Assembly (NCBI GenBank): GCA_965204375.1
Contig: OZ241986.1
Location: forward strand, 4,992,001-5,056,000
Reading direction: 5' to 3'
Origin: Candidatus Latescibacterota bacterium
Lineage (GTDB): Bacteria > Latescibacterota > UBA2968
DNA: 64,000 bases
Made by a program: the position numbers and the translations under genes. A model generated the notes under the pieces. The model was not told where the DNA came from, did not search any database, and saw only the letters and a program-made list of their open reading frames with translations. The first letter of the stretch is position 1; every line of letters begins with the position of its first letter. Below, one piece after another: positions 10,160-20,133 of the stretch.

Positions 10160-10894
10160 GTGACGACTGGCGAGCTGAGCGGACTGATCACTAACTCCCG
10201 AAAGCTATACATGAATGAAGCTGAAACCAAATATCGGTCAACTGGATTGCCTTTTGTCACCTTAAAGCTGGCGCAAACACTGGACGGCAACATCGCCACC
10301 TGCACGGGCGACTCGAAGTGGATCACATCAAAAGCATCGCGTGTGCGCGGGCATCAACTTCGCGCAGAAGCCGACGCAATTCTGGTCGGGCGCGGCACTG
10401 TGATGGCCGACGACCCGGAATTATCCGTGCGATATGTCGATGGATGTAGCCCGACAAAAATCGTTCTGGATTCTCAGCTAAAAATTGGACTAAACGCCAA
10501 AATTTTTAGCGGGGCACCTCTGATTATAGCAACCGCTGAAGAAGTGTGCAAAAAACGGATGAAAGAACGAAAAAAAAAAGGAGCGCAGGTCTGGCAGTTG
10601 CCAATACTGAATGGTCAAATAGACTTGAAGGCGGTCTTGCAAAAAGCCGCCCTATCGGGATTGCAACACGTCCTGATTGAAGGCGGCAGTCGCGTGGCTG
10701 CATCGGCATTGCGCCTGGGCCTGGTAGATCGAATAGCCGCATTTGTCGCACCCAAAATCTTGGGCGCGGGAATACCCGCAATCGGATCATTAGATATTGC
10801 TTCAATAACCGATGCAATTGCACTCGAAAACGTGAAAGTCGAATCCATCGGCGATGATTTTCTATTCACTGCTCGCGTTGCGAAACCGCACTGA
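10160..10894 (+). CDS. ribD: RibD reductase domain only (5-amino-6-(5-phosphoribosylamino)uracil reductase); start may be ATG 10211
   Basis: PFVTLKLAQTLDGNIA, SKWIT, ILVGRGTVMADDP, LIEGGS; no HAE/PC-C deaminase motif. Confidence 0.8.
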   Translation: MTTGELSGLITNSRKLYMNEAETKYRSTGLPFVTLKLAQTLDGNIATCTGDSKWITSKASRVRGHQLRAEADAILVGRGTVMADDPELSVRYVDGCSPTKIVLDSQLKIGLNAKIFSGAPLIIATAEEVCKKRMKERKKKGAQVWQLPILNGQIDLKAVLQKAALSGLQHVLIEGGSRVAASALRLGLVDRIAAFVAPKILGAGIPAIGSLDIASITDAIALENVKVESIGDDFLFTARVAKPH

Positions 10895-10925
10895 TTGATC
10901 ATGTCGTAAATCAGGGAGACGCAAA

Positions 10926-11249
10926 ATGGCAACCGATGAACAACTGAAAAGTTATGCCGAATCGCTCCCACCCATTTATCGGGAAATCTTGACTGCCTTT
11001 CCGCGCCTGGAACCCGGTCGCAAACAGGGCTACGGTCTCGCTTTTCAAACTCTTGAAGTAGATTTGAAAAGCTATAACTTAGGAGAGATCGTCCAGGCAT
11101 GCGAGCAGCTACAGCAACACGAACTTGTAGAGGTTAAACACAAAATATTTGTGCATCCGACGCAGCTTGGCGAGCACCTGATCGGTATCATTACTGGCCA
11201 TAACGCGCCGGTAATCCAGGTGCCGGAATTGCCTGCACTGCCAACTTAG
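10926..11249 (+). CDS. hypothetical 107-aa protein, possible winged-helix (copy 1)
   Basis: RBS GGAG; tandem paralog of 11260-11583; helix-helix-hairpin pattern ending HPTQLG. Confidence 0.7.
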   Translation: MATDEQLKSYAESLPPIYREILTAFPRLEPGRKQGYGLAFQTLEVDLKSYNLGEIVQACEQLQQHELVEVKHKIFVHPTQLGEHLIGIITGHNAPVIQVPELPALPT

Positions 11250-11259
11250 GAGATACAAA

Positions 11260-11583
11260 ATGGCAACCGATGAACAACTGAAAAGTTATACCGAATCGCT
11301 CCCACCCATTTATCGGGAAATCTTGGCCGCCTTTCCGCGAATAGCTCCCAGCCGCGGACCGGGCTACGGGCAAACATATCAAACTCTTGAAGTAGATTTG
11401 GAGAGCTACAGTTTTGGAGAGATCATCCAGGCATGCAAGCTGCTAGAGCAACGTGACATAGTCGAAATTAAACACACTAATTTTGTGTGTCCAACAGAGC
11501 TTGGGGAGCGCCTTATCGGTATCATTACAGGTCAAAGTGCGTTGGAAGTTCGAGTGCCGGAGTTGCCGGCACTGCCAACGTAA
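11260..11583 (+). CDS. hypothetical 107-aa protein, possible winged-helix (copy 2)
   Basis: RBS AGGAG; same length, shared MATDEQLKSY start and VPELPALPT end with copy 1. Confidence 0.7.
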   Translation: MATDEQLKSYTESLPPIYREILAAFPRIAPSRGPGYGQTYQTLEVDLESYSFGEIIQACKLLEQRDIVEIKHTNFVCPTELGERLIGIITGQSALEVRVPELPALPT

Positions 11584-11593
11584 AGGAACTGTC

Positions 11594-12202
11594 GTGTTCT
11601 GGCAACTTCAGTCCTTCCCTGTTTGTACCCATCATGTATTTCTGTCCTACTGTCGCGAAGATATGGAATGGCTGGCAGATCCTTTGAGTGAGGCATTGCG
11701 CCGTGAAGACATCAGTCCTTGGCTTGATCGCCATGATTACCCCTATGGTCGCACTTCACTCGCGGCACTCCGTGACGGAGTGTTGAAATGTCGTCATACT
11801 GTGTTCCTCGTAACTGATGCGATGCTGGATCAGCCGCGAGGCTGGGGGATAGTGGAACTCGCCTGGGCCGATCTATTGCAGGAGAATTTGCACATGGCTA
11901 GCGGTGTCCTACAAAACATTATGCTGCCGCTACTTTTCCTCCCACGAGACGATGAGCGACTCTTGCGTTCAGTCTGGCAATCGATCCGCGATCGCGCTGC
12001 CTTCCATAGTCCACAGGATGGAGACGCTATAGATTGGGCCGTTCGTCAGATTGACTTATTTATCCGGCGAGAAGAAAAACGAGGACAGGATATTTTTAAT
12101 GGGATTCGGTACGATTCCCTTACATACGCTCGCTTAAAGGCCCAACCAGGACTTATCGAACGATTTACGGCTCAGCACCCCAAGCCCGCACCCGTTCAGT
12201 AA
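11594..12202 (+). CDS. TIR-domain protein (TIR_2-like)
   Basis: HVFLSYCRED, PWLDRHD, W..VELAWA (putative catalytic Glu); GTG start behind AAAGGA. Confidence 0.75.
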   Translation: MFWQLQSFPVCTHHVFLSYCREDMEWLADPLSEALRREDISPWLDRHDYPYGRTSLAALRDGVLKCRHTVFLVTDAMLDQPRGWGIVELAWADLLQENLHMASGVLQNIMLPLLFLPRDDERLLRSVWQSIRDRAAFHSPQDGDAIDWAVRQIDLFIRREEKRGQDIFNGIRYDSLTYARLKAQPGLIERFTAQHPKPAPVQ

Positions 12203-12214
12203 GGCTAATTGCTT

Positions 12215-12859
12215 ATGTTTACTGGCATTGTAGAGGAAGTGGGAACAATTCGGCATATTGAATCGCGCGCGGGTTATCAGCGCACGACCATAGCAGCAAA
12301 GCAAGTGCTCAATGGCGTAAAAATAGGCGACAGCATTGCCATTGAAGGTGCGTGCCATACCGTCGTACATTTTGATGCCGACACATTTGCGATCGAATCC
12401 GTAGCAGAAACACTGCAAAGAACCACATTGGGTGATTGCCGCGTGGGCAGCCGCGTTAATTTAGAGCGATCTTTAAAACTCGGCGACCGCCTCGACGGTC
12501 ATCTCGTTGCCGCACACGTCGATGGCGTGGGGCGCGTGACAGGCCGCACAGAATCTCCCGATCAAATTTTATTTGAGTTTGAAGTACCGCTTGAGTTGGC
12601 CCCTTATATTGCTGAAAAAGGCTCTGTCACCGTCAACGGAATCAGCCTGACAGTAGTTTCAGTAACAGACCGCACTTTTTCGATCGCGGCAATTCCGCAC
12701 ACGCTAAAAGTTACGACATTATCGGAAAAATATCCGGGTGACCGGGTAAATATCGAAGTGGATATGATCGCGCGTTACCTGGAGCGATTGGTGCAACCTG
12801 GGAATGGAAAAAATATGCTCACGGAAGATCGCATTGGGGCGATGATGAGCGACCGTTAA
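12215..12859 (+). CDS. ribE: riboflavin synthase alpha chain
   Basis: [40 protein letters not shown]. Confidence 0.95.
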   Translation: MFTGIVEEVGTIRHIESRAGYQRTTIAAKQVLNGVKIGDSIAIEGACHTVVHFDADTFAIESVAETLQRTTLGDCRVGSRVNLERSLKLGDRLDGHLVAAHVDGVGRVTGRTESPDQILFEFEVPLELAPYIAEKGSVTVNGISLTVVSVTDRTFSIAAIPHTLKVTTLSEKYPGDRVNIEVDMIARYLERLVQPGNGKNMLTEDRIGAMMSDR

Positions 12860-12876
12860 TTTACAGAGAGATATAT

Positions 12877-14127
12877 ATGGGCAAAATCGCAACAATCGAA
12901 GACACCCTCGAAGATATTCGAGCGGGAAAAATCGTCATTGTGGTCGATGACGAAGACCGGGAAAATGAAGGCGACTTCATCATGGCCGCGGAAAAGGTCA
13001 CACCTGAAGCCATTAATTTTATGGCGCGCCATGGACGCGGACTGATCTGTCTGCCCGCAACCCCCGACCGCCTCAAAGAACTCGACCTGGACATGATGGT
13101 CAATACCAACACAGCGCTTCACGGCACGCCATTCACGGTGAGCATCGACGCGCTCTACGGCGTGGCAACCGGTATCTCCGCACAGGACCGGGCGGAAACC
13201 ATTCGACAATTTGTAGATCCCAAATCGCAGCCTGAAAATTTTGGCCGACCAGGTCATATTTTCCCCCTTCGCGCAATGCCCGGCGGGGTCTTGCGGCGAG
13301 CGGGACACACAGAAGCAGCGGTAGATCTGGCGCGTTTGGCCGGCCTGTATCCCGCCGGTGTACTGTGTGAAATACTAAATGAAGACGGCACCATGGCACG
13401 TTTGCCACAGCTTTTGGAAATTGCCGACCAATTTGGCTTGAAAGTGACGACCATTCACGATCTAATTGCCTATCGCCGTCGTTTCGAAAAACTGGTGCGC
13501 TGTGTCGAGCAAGTAGATATGCCCACGCGATTTGGCGTATTTCAATTACACCTGTATGAAAGCGACGTAGATGAACGCGAACACGTCGCACTGGTAAAAG
13601 GCGATCTTTCCGGCGATGCACCCGTAATGGTGCGGATGCACTCCGAATGCCTGACGGGCGACTCACTCGGCTCATTGCGCTGTGACTGCGAAAAAAACTT
13701 ACACTCAGCACTCGAGATGATCGAAAAAGAAGGACGCGGGGCACTGGTGTATATGCGGCAGGAAGGGCGAGGTATTGGCCTGCGGGCAAAATTACACGCG
13801 TACAAACTGCAGGAAGAGGGATATGATACCGTAGAGGCCAACCTGAAACTCGGATTTAAAATGGACGAACGAGACTATGGCATTGGCGCGCAAATTTTGT
13901 CGGATTTGGGAATCAGCAAAGTCGCACTCATCACCAATAATCCATCAAAGCGCGTGGGTCTGGAAGCGTATGGAATAGAAATTATAGACAGCATCCCGGT
14001 CGCCATTCAGGTCAACAAATGGAACCTGTCATATATGCGAACCAAGCAGGAAAAAATGGGGCATTTGTTTAAAGAGGACGAATTGCAATTAGGCGATGAA
14101 GGAGATAGTGATGCCCAAAGTTTATGA
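12877..14127 (+). CDS. ribBA: bifunctional DHBP synthase / GTP cyclohydrolase II
   Basis: [40 protein letters not shown]. Confidence 0.96.
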   Translation: MGKIATIEDTLEDIRAGKIVIVVDDEDRENEGDFIMAAEKVTPEAINFMARHGRGLICLPATPDRLKELDLDMMVNTNTALHGTPFTVSIDALYGVATGISAQDRAETIRQFVDPKSQPENFGRPGHIFPLRAMPGGVLRRAGHTEAAVDLARLAGLYPAGVLCEILNEDGTMARLPQLLEIADQFGLKVTTIHDLIAYRRRFEKLVRCVEQVDMPTRFGVFQLHLYESDVDEREHVALVKGDLSGDAPVMVRMHSECLTGDSLGSLRCDCEKNLHSALEMIEKEGRGALVYMRQEGRGIGLRAKLHAYKLQEEGYDTVEANLKLGFKMDERDYGIGAQILSDLGISKVALITNNPSKRVGLEAYGIEIIDSIPVAIQVNKWNLSYMRTKQEKMGHLFKEDELQLGDEGDSDAQSL

Positions 14128-14587
14128 AGGTCAGTTATCGGCAGAAGGCATGCGATTTGGCATTGTGGTGGGGCGATTCAATGCGTTTATCAGCAAAGAA
14201 TTGCTCGGTGGCGCGCTCGATTGTATTGCGCGACACGGTGGCGACACAGATGCCATAGACGTGGTATGGGTGCCGGGAAGTTTTGAAATTCCCACGATGG
14301 CACAAAAAATGGCGCAAAGCGGTCGATATGACGCGCTGATCTGTCTGGGCGCAGTAATCAGAGGTAGCACGCCGCATTTTGACTACGTATGCAACGAAGC
14401 TTCAAAAGGGGTGGCGTCCGTTGGCCGCGAAACAGGTGTGCCCACCATATTTGGCATTTTGACAACCGACACCATTGAACAGGCGATTGAGCGGGCGGGA
14501 ACAAAAGCCGGGAATAAGGGCTGGGAAGCCGCTCTGGGCGCGATTGAAATGATTGGCGTTATCGCCGCCTGGGAGGCGGAAAAATGA
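14111..14587 (+). CDS. ribH: 6,7-dimethyl-8-ribityllumazine synthase
   Basis: [35 protein letters not shown]. Confidence 0.96.
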   Translation: MPKVYEGQLSAEGMRFGIVVGRFNAFISKELLGGALDCIARHGGDTDAIDVVWVPGSFEIPTMAQKMAQSGRYDALICLGAVIRGSTPHFDYVCNEASKGVASVGRETGVPTIFGILTTDTIEQAIERAGTKAGNKGWEAALGAIEMIGVIAAWEAEK

Positions 14588-15006
14588 TTAAATCGAGGCG
14601 CAAAGCGCGTCAGGCTGCGTTGCAAGCACTCTACTGGACTGCAAGTGTGGGCGATCCAGTACAACAGACAGCGCAGACCATGTGCATCCGCGCACGCCTT
14701 TCGGCATCAACCTCGGATTTTGCGATCAATCTGGCTCAAACAGCCTGGGAACACCGCGAAGAACTGGACGCATCTATTGAACCCGTGCTGGAAAATTGGT
14801 CATTGGACCGGGTTTCGCGCATCGACCGAATCGTGCTCTGGATAGCCCTTGCGGAAATGCGCTATTTCAAAGATATTCCCTACAAAGTCTCTATTGACGA
14901 AGCCATAGAACTGGCCAAGCAATTTAGCGAAGCCAATGCTTCTAACTTTATCAACGGTATTCTCGATACCCTGTCCAAGATGAATGCGGAACAACCCAAT
15001 GGATAA
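14584..15006 (+). CDS. nusB: transcription antitermination factor NusB
   Basis: [30 protein letters not shown]; follows ribH. Confidence 0.93.
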   Translation: MIKSRRKARQAALQALYWTASVGDPVQQTAQTMCIRARLSASTSDFAINLAQTAWEHREELDASIEPVLENWSLDRVSRIDRIVLWIALAEMRYFKDIPYKVSIDEAIELAKQFSEANASNFINGILDTLSKMNAEQPNG

Positions 15007-15733
15007 TATTGGACGCATTGCAATTTTTTCAGATGTACACGGGAATCTCGAAGCCTTGCAAACCGTGCTGGAAAAAATTGCAGAAGCACAGGTGGATCGG
15101 ATTATTTGTTTGGGCGATATGGTCGGATATGGCGCAGACCCCAATATATGTATAGAGCGTGTGCGCGAAGTATCGGACCTCGTGCTGGCGGGCAATCACG
15201 ATTGGGCAGCTGTGGGCCTGGAAGATCCGGGGTTTTTCAACCCCGTGGCACTGGCGGCAATACAATGGACCGTTCAAATGCTGAGTGATGAGAACGCCTC
15301 GCTATTGCGTTCTTATCAACCCTTTCAAAATGAATCTGCTTATTGTTATGCCCACGCTTCGCCAATTGAACCCGAGTTGTGGCACTATTTATTCGACCCC
15401 GAAGATGGCTGGTCAATGCTCGCTCAAACCAATTTCGAGATGTGTTTTGTCGGGCATTCTCACCGTGCATTTGTGTGCTCGGCATCTCAAAAAACAGTAC
15501 TTACGCGCGAAGGAGAAGTCCAGTTGTCCGACAATGATCGCTATCTCGTAAATGTTGGCAGTGTAGGACAACCTCGCGACGGCGATGCGCGGGCGGCTTT
15601 TGTCGTTTGGGATCGGGAAAATGGGAACCTCCAATTGCGCCGCGTGTCTTACGATGTGGCAACAGCACAGGCCAAAATTCTATCCGCGGGACTTCCGCCT
15701 TTTTTGGCCGAACGCATCGAACTTGGGATGTGA
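14999..15733 (+). CDS. metallophosphoesterase family protein
   Basis: SDVHGN, LGDMVGYG, GNHD, GHSH, NVGSVGQPRDGD. Confidence 0.9.
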   Translation: MDNIGRIAIFSDVHGNLEALQTVLEKIAEAQVDRIICLGDMVGYGADPNICIERVREVSDLVLAGNHDWAAVGLEDPGFFNPVALAAIQWTVQMLSDENASLLRSYQPFQNESAYCYAHASPIEPELWHYLFDPEDGWSMLAQTNFEMCFVGHSHRAFVCSASQKTVLTREGEVQLSDNDRYLVNVGSVGQPRDGDARAAFVVWDRENGNLQLRRVSYDVATAQAKILSAGLPPFLAERIELGM

Positions 15734-15740
15734 AGGTAGG

Positions 15741-15800
15741 AAGTGGGATCCGCAGATGACGCAGATGGACGCAGATGAAGAAGAAGGGCTGGGAAGTGAA
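15741..15800 (+). repeat. ~60-bp dispersed repeat (CGCAGATG family, long copy)
   Basis: Near-identical to reverse complement of 19641-19700. Confidence 0.8.
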
Positions 15801-15893
15801 ATTAAGTACCTCCGTCATTGCGGCACGCTTAAAGCCGCAATCCAGTGGGGGTAGTGGGGAGTCCCCTCACTTCATTATCCACAGGACAACAAT

Positions 15894-18800
15894 ATGAACT
15901 TCCTGACAAAAATTTTCGGCAGCAAACACGATCGGGACGTAAAGAAAATGCAACCGGTTGTGGATGAAATTAATCAACTCTACGAAGAATATGCCTCTTT
16001 GTCCGACGAGGCATTAAAGGGCAAAACAGCGGAGTTCCGCGTGCGCATTGCCGAAGCGACTGATGATGCTCAAAAGGAACTCACGCAACTCAAAGAAGAA
16101 TTGGCCGCGTTGCAGCGAGACGAAGACCGCACCGAACAATTGGAAACCATTGCCGAAATCGAAACCGAAATCAAGGATATTGAGCGCGATGTGCTCGATG
16201 AAATTCACCCAGAGGCATTTGCTGTCTTTAAGGAAACGTGCCGGCGCTTCAAAGAGCGGGAGAAGTCCTGGGACCGGGCTGGCGATCAAATCGTATGGCA
16301 TGAAATACCCTATGACGTGCAATTGATCGGTGCGACCGTATTGCATCAGGGCAAAATCGCCGAAATGGCCACGGGCGAAGGCAAAACACTGGCTGCGGGC
16401 CTGGCATTGTACTTAAACGGCTTGCTCGGGCGCGGCGTACACCTCGTCACCGTAAACTCCTACCTCGCCAAGCGCGACGCCATGTGGCTGGGCCCCGTGT
16501 TTCTGTTCCTGGGCCTCACCGTAGGCGTCATTCAGGATCGCGCGTTGGGCGTGGAAGGTTTTATTATGGAAGAAGAGGGTAAAGACGGGTATCGCATGCG
16601 CGCGTGTGACCACAAAGACGCCTGTCTCATGGATATCGTGTACGGTACAAAAGACCAGTTTGGTTTTGATTACCTCTACGATAACATGGCGATTCGCCCC
16701 GAAGACCTGATACAGCGCGAGCACTATTTTGCAATTATTGACGAAGTAGATAGCATCCTGATCGACGAGGCGCGCACACCGCTGATCATTTCGGGACCCG
16801 TGTCGGAATCCACGTCACATCGGTATGAAGAAATGCGTCCGCTGGTCGAAAAATTGGTACGCGCGCAAACCCGGATTGTAAATAATATTTTAAAAGATGC
16901 AGAAGAAGAACTCGAGTCTGGCGATGAATACGAAGCCGGCATCTTGTTATTGCAGGTCCAGCGCGGAATGCCCAAAAACGGACGCTTTATGAAGCGCCTT
17001 CAAGAAGAGGGCATCAAGCGCCTCGTGCAGCGGGTTGAATCCGATTATATCCGCGATAAGCGCACGGGAGAGCTGGACGAAGACCTCTATTTTAGCATCG
17101 ATGAAAAAAGCCACATCATCGACCTGACAGAAAAGGGACGCGACGAAATCAGCCGCAATCCAGACGATTTTGTGTTGCCAGACCTCGATGAAGTACTTCG
17201 GGATATCGAACAGAATAAATCGCTATCAGATGCAGAAGAAGACCAGGCAAAAGAAGCCGCCTATCAGGATTATGGAGAAAAGAATGAGTCTATCCACAGC
17301 GTGCGAAAATTGTTGCAAGCCTATTCTCTATACGAAAAAGACGTGCAATATATGATCGACGACGGCAAGGTCGTCATCGTCGATGAATTTACGGGACGGC
17401 CACAGCCCGGACGCCGTTTTGCCGATGGATTGCACCAGGCATTGGAAGCAAAAGAAAAGGTAAAAGTCGAACGCGACACGCAAACCGTGGCAACGATTAC
17501 ATTGCAAAATTACTTCAGGCTCTATGACCGACTGGCGGGAATGACGGGCACTGCCGAAACAGAAGCAGAAGAATTTCATCAAATCTACAAGCTCGATGTG
17601 GTATCGATCCCAACGCATGAGCCAGTGCGTCGCATTGATTTTAACGACTGGATCTACCGCACAAAACGCGAAAAATACAATGCCCTACTCGATGAAATCG
17701 TGCATTTGCACGAACAAAAATTGCCAGTCCTGGTCGGCACAATTTCCGTTGAAACCTCCGAGTTGATCTCGCGGATGCTCACGCGCAAAAAAATCAAACA
17801 CCAGGTACTCAATGCCCGGCAAAATGTACAGGAAGCGCAGATTATTGCACAGGCCGGACAACCCGGTGCCGTGACAATAGCAACCAATATGGCCGGGCGC
17901 GGCACAGATATCAAACTGGGACCCGGCGTCATAAAAGCACCCGAAGAACACCAGTGTGCATTGATTGCAGATCCCGATAACACCCGGCCCCTGTGTCCCT
18001 ACATAGACGAATACGGATGTCGGGATGAAGTCCCGTGTGGATTGAATATTATCGGCACCGAACGGCACGAATCCCGGCGCATTGACCGGCAATTGCGCGG
18101 TCGCTCTGGGCGGCAAGGGGACCCGGGAAGCTCGCGGTTTTTCATCTCACTGGAAGACGATTTGATGCGCCTATTTGGATCCGAGCGCATTGCCCGCGTC
18201 ATGGACCGCCTGGGAGCCGAAGAAGGCGAAGTGATCGAACACAGCTGGGTGACAAAGTCCATTGAGACCGCGCAAAAACGGGTTGAAGCGCGCAATTTTG
18301 AATTTCGAAAACAGGTGCTGGATTACGACGACGTCATGAATCAACAGCGCGAAGTAATTTACGACAGACGCAGACACGCGCTGGAAGAAGAAGATATATC
18401 GGCGATGATCAGCGAGATGATCGACGAAACCGTCGATGCACTACTCGATATTCATATACCGCCCGACGCACATCCCGAAGACTGGAATTTTGATGGCTTG
18501 ATGGACGATCTGCGCAATGTGTTTTTGCAAGCCCCCATCATACCCGATGAAGATCTGCCCCAATTGCGCGAAGCGGGTTTGCGAGATCGCGTGTTGCGCG
18601 GGATTCGCGAGGCTTATGATCGCCGCGAAAGGGTCCTTGGAGAAGACCGCATGCGCCAGATAGAACGCATGATTTACCTGAGCGTCTTTGATGAAAAATG
18701 GAAAGAACACCTCCGCGAGATGGACGATCTGAAAGAGGGCATTGGCCTTCGCGGTTATGGACAAAAAAATCCATTGATCGAGTACAAGCGCGAAGGTTAT

Positions 18801-19112
18801 GAAATGTTTGTGGCATTGCTCGAAGACATCAACCGCGAAACCCTGCGATTGTTATTCCGCATTTCTGTTGAAGAAACACCGGCACAACCGCGCACCCAAC
18901 AGCCCGCCCGCCTGTCATTGGAACACCGCGATGCCACGGGAATGGGCTTTGCTGGCATGCCCGAACCCGGTCAAGATGAATTGACCGCCAATTCTACAGA
19001 AGGCGATGCGCCGAAGAAACAGCCCGTGCGCGTTGGAAAAAAGGTGGGGCGAAACGCGCCGTGTCCGTGTGGCAGCGGCAAGAAGTTCAAGCATTGTCAT
19101 GGAAGAGTTTAA
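15894..19112 (+). CDS. secA: preprotein translocase subunit SecA
   Basis: EMATGEGKT, IDEVDSILIDEARTPLIISG, ATNMAGRGTDI, QLRGRSGRQGDPG, SEC-C CPCGSGKKFKHCH. Confidence 0.98.
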   Translation: MNFLTKIFGSKHDRDVKKMQPVVDEINQLYEEYASLSDEALKGKTAEFRVRIAEATDDAQKELTQLKEELAALQRDEDRTEQLETIAEIETEIKDIERDVLDEIHPEAFAVFKETCRRFKEREKSWDRAGDQIVWHEIPYDVQLIGATVLHQGKIAEMATGEGKTLAAGLALYLNGLLGRGVHLVTVNSYLAKRDAMWLGPVFLFLGLTVGVIQDRALGVEGFIMEEEGKDGYRMRACDHKDACLMDIVYGTKDQFGFDYLYDNMAIRPEDLIQREHYFAIIDEVDSILIDEARTPLIISGPVSESTSHRYEEMRPLVEKLVRAQTRIVNNILKDAEEELESGDEYEAGILLLQVQRGMPKNGRFMKRLQEEGIKRLVQRVESDYIRDKRTGELDEDLYFSIDEKSHIIDLTEKGRDEISRNPDDFVLPDLDEVLRDIEQNKSLSDAEEDQAKEAAYQDYGEKNESIHSVRKLLQAYSLYEKDVQYMIDDGKVVIVDEFTGRPQPGRRFADGLHQALEAKEKVKVERDTQTVATITLQNYFRLYDRLAGMTGTAETEAEEFHQIYKLDVVSIPTHEPVRRIDFNDWIYRTKREKYNALLDEIVHLHEQKLPVLVGTISVETSELISRMLTRKKIKHQVLNARQNVQEAQIIAQAGQPGAVTIATNMAGRGTDIKLGPGVIKAPEEHQCALIADPDNTRPLCPYIDEYGCRDEVPCGLNIIGTERHESRRIDRQLRGRSGRQGDPGSSRFFISLEDDLMRLFGSERIARVMDRLGAEEGEVIEHSWVTKSIETAQKRVEARNFEFRKQVLDYDDVMNQQREVIYDRRRHALEEEDISAMISEMIDETVDALLDIHIPPDAHPEDWNFDGLMDDLRNVFLQAPIIPDEDLPQLREAGLRDRVLRGIREAYDRRERVLGEDRMRQIERMIYLSVFDEKWKEHLREMDDLKEGIGLRGYGQKNPLIEYKREGYEMFVALLEDINRETLRLLFRISVEETPAQPRTQQPARLSLEHRDATGMGFAGMPEPGQDELTANSTEGDAPKKQPVRVGKKVGRNAPCPCGSGKKFKHCHGRV

Positions 19113-19133
19113 AGTCAATGAGGAGATGAGTAT

Positions 19134-19604
19134 ATGAAGTCGCGTGAAAATTTGTTGGATGATGCGCGTCAAAATATTCCGGAAATGACCGTGCAGGAAG
19201 TACATGAGTACATAGAAGAAGGCAAGAATCCCGTATTACTCGACGTGCGCGGACTGGACGAATGGGAACGCGGACACTTAAAAGGATCAGTACACATACC
19301 GCGCGGTGAATTGGAATACAAAGCTGAAGAGGCAATGCCCGACAAATCGCGTGAAGTCATTGTAATCTGCGCAGGCGGCGTGCGATCCCTTCTCGCTGGC
19401 GAAACCCTGAAAGCCCTGGGATACGAAAACGTGATCTCGATGGACGGCGGATATGGAGATTGGGAAGATGCGCATTTGCCGGCTGAAATACCGCCGCCAC
19501 CGGAAGAAACGGGTGCGCCAGAAACCCCCGAACTGCTCAAAGAACAAATTGATCATCTGGAAAAAGTATTGGCTCAGAAAAAAACGAAGTTGGCTGATAT
19601 GTAG
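19134..19604 (+). CDS. rhodanese-like domain protein with C-terminal helical tail
   Basis: LLDVRGLDEWERGH, CAGGVRS, MDGGYGDW. Confidence 0.88.
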   Translation: MKSRENLLDDARQNIPEMTVQEVHEYIEEGKNPVLLDVRGLDEWERGHLKGSVHIPRGELEYKAEEAMPDKSREVIVICAGGVRSLLAGETLKALGYENVISMDGGYGDWEDAHLPAEIPPPPEETGAPETPELLKEQIDHLEKVLAQKKTKLADM

Positions 19605-19610
19605 TAATGA

Positions 19611-19635
19611 CGGGCGAGGCATGCCTCGCCCCTAT
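19611..19635 (-). repeat. REP-like palindrome
   Basis: GGGCGAGGC-at-GCCTCGCCC with a TAGGGG foot on the minus strand. Confidence 0.5.
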
Positions 19636-19640
19636 AGTCG

Positions 19641-19700
19641 TTCACATTTCCCAGCCCTTCTTCATCTGCGTCCATCTGCGTCCATCTGCGGATCTCACTT
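19641..19700 (-). repeat. ~60-bp dispersed repeat (CGCAGATG family, long copy, inverted)
   Basis: Reverse complement AAGTGAGATCCGCAGATGGACGCAGATGGACGCAGATGAAGAAGGGCTGGGAAATGTGAA matches 15741-15800. Confidence 0.8.
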
Positions 19701-19707
19701 TTTACAC

Positions 19708-19771
19708 TTGCACAAATATTGACGCTTCTGTATATTTTCCCGCCTTAGCACTCAACAGGATGAGTGGCTAA
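19708..19771 (+). promoter_or_regulatory. groESL promoter and CIRCE (HrcA operator)
   Basis: TTGCAC-17-TATATT (19708-19736); TTAGCACTC-aacaggat-GAGTGGCTAA (19745-19771), close to TTAGCACTC-N9-GAGTGCTAA. Confidence 0.8.
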
Positions 19772-19830
19772 TAACATATAACAAGTTAAATTTATTACAT
19801 TTAACCAACTGTTTTTCAAGGAGGGTTCTC

Positions 19831-20118
19831 ATGAATGTCCGTCCGCTTTCCGATCGCATTCTGGTGCGACGGGTGGATGCTGAAGAGCAAGTGAAGGGAG
19901 GCATTATCATCCCCGATACTGCTAAAGAAACGCCTCAGGAAGCAGAAGTCATTGCCGTTGGACCGGGCAAACGCAATAAGAACGGCGACGTGATCGCGCC
20001 AGCGGTAAAATCTGGGGAAAAAATTTTGATAGGCAAATACGCCGGCACAGAAATTGAAGTTGACGGCGATGAGTACGTAATCGTAAACGAAGACGACGTA
20101 TTGGGCATTATTCAGTAG
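19831..20118 (+). CDS. groES: co-chaperonin GroES
   Basis: RPLSDRILV, GGIIIPDTAKE, AVGPG, KYAGTE. Confidence 0.97.
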   Translation: MNVRPLSDRILVRRVDAEEQVKGGIIIPDTAKETPQEAEVIAVGPGKRNKNGDVIAPAVKSGEKILIGKYAGTEIEVDGDEYVIVNEDDVLGIIQ

Positions 20119-20133
20119 AAGGAGATTGGTGTT

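Noticed and set aside
10113-10210. FMN riboswitch upstream of the rib genes
   Set aside because: No RFN consensus visible; the space is short and occupied by a dispersed repeat
11483-11593. N-terminal extension of the TIR ORF
   Set aside because: Overlaps the upstream paralog; GTG at 11594 has an RBS
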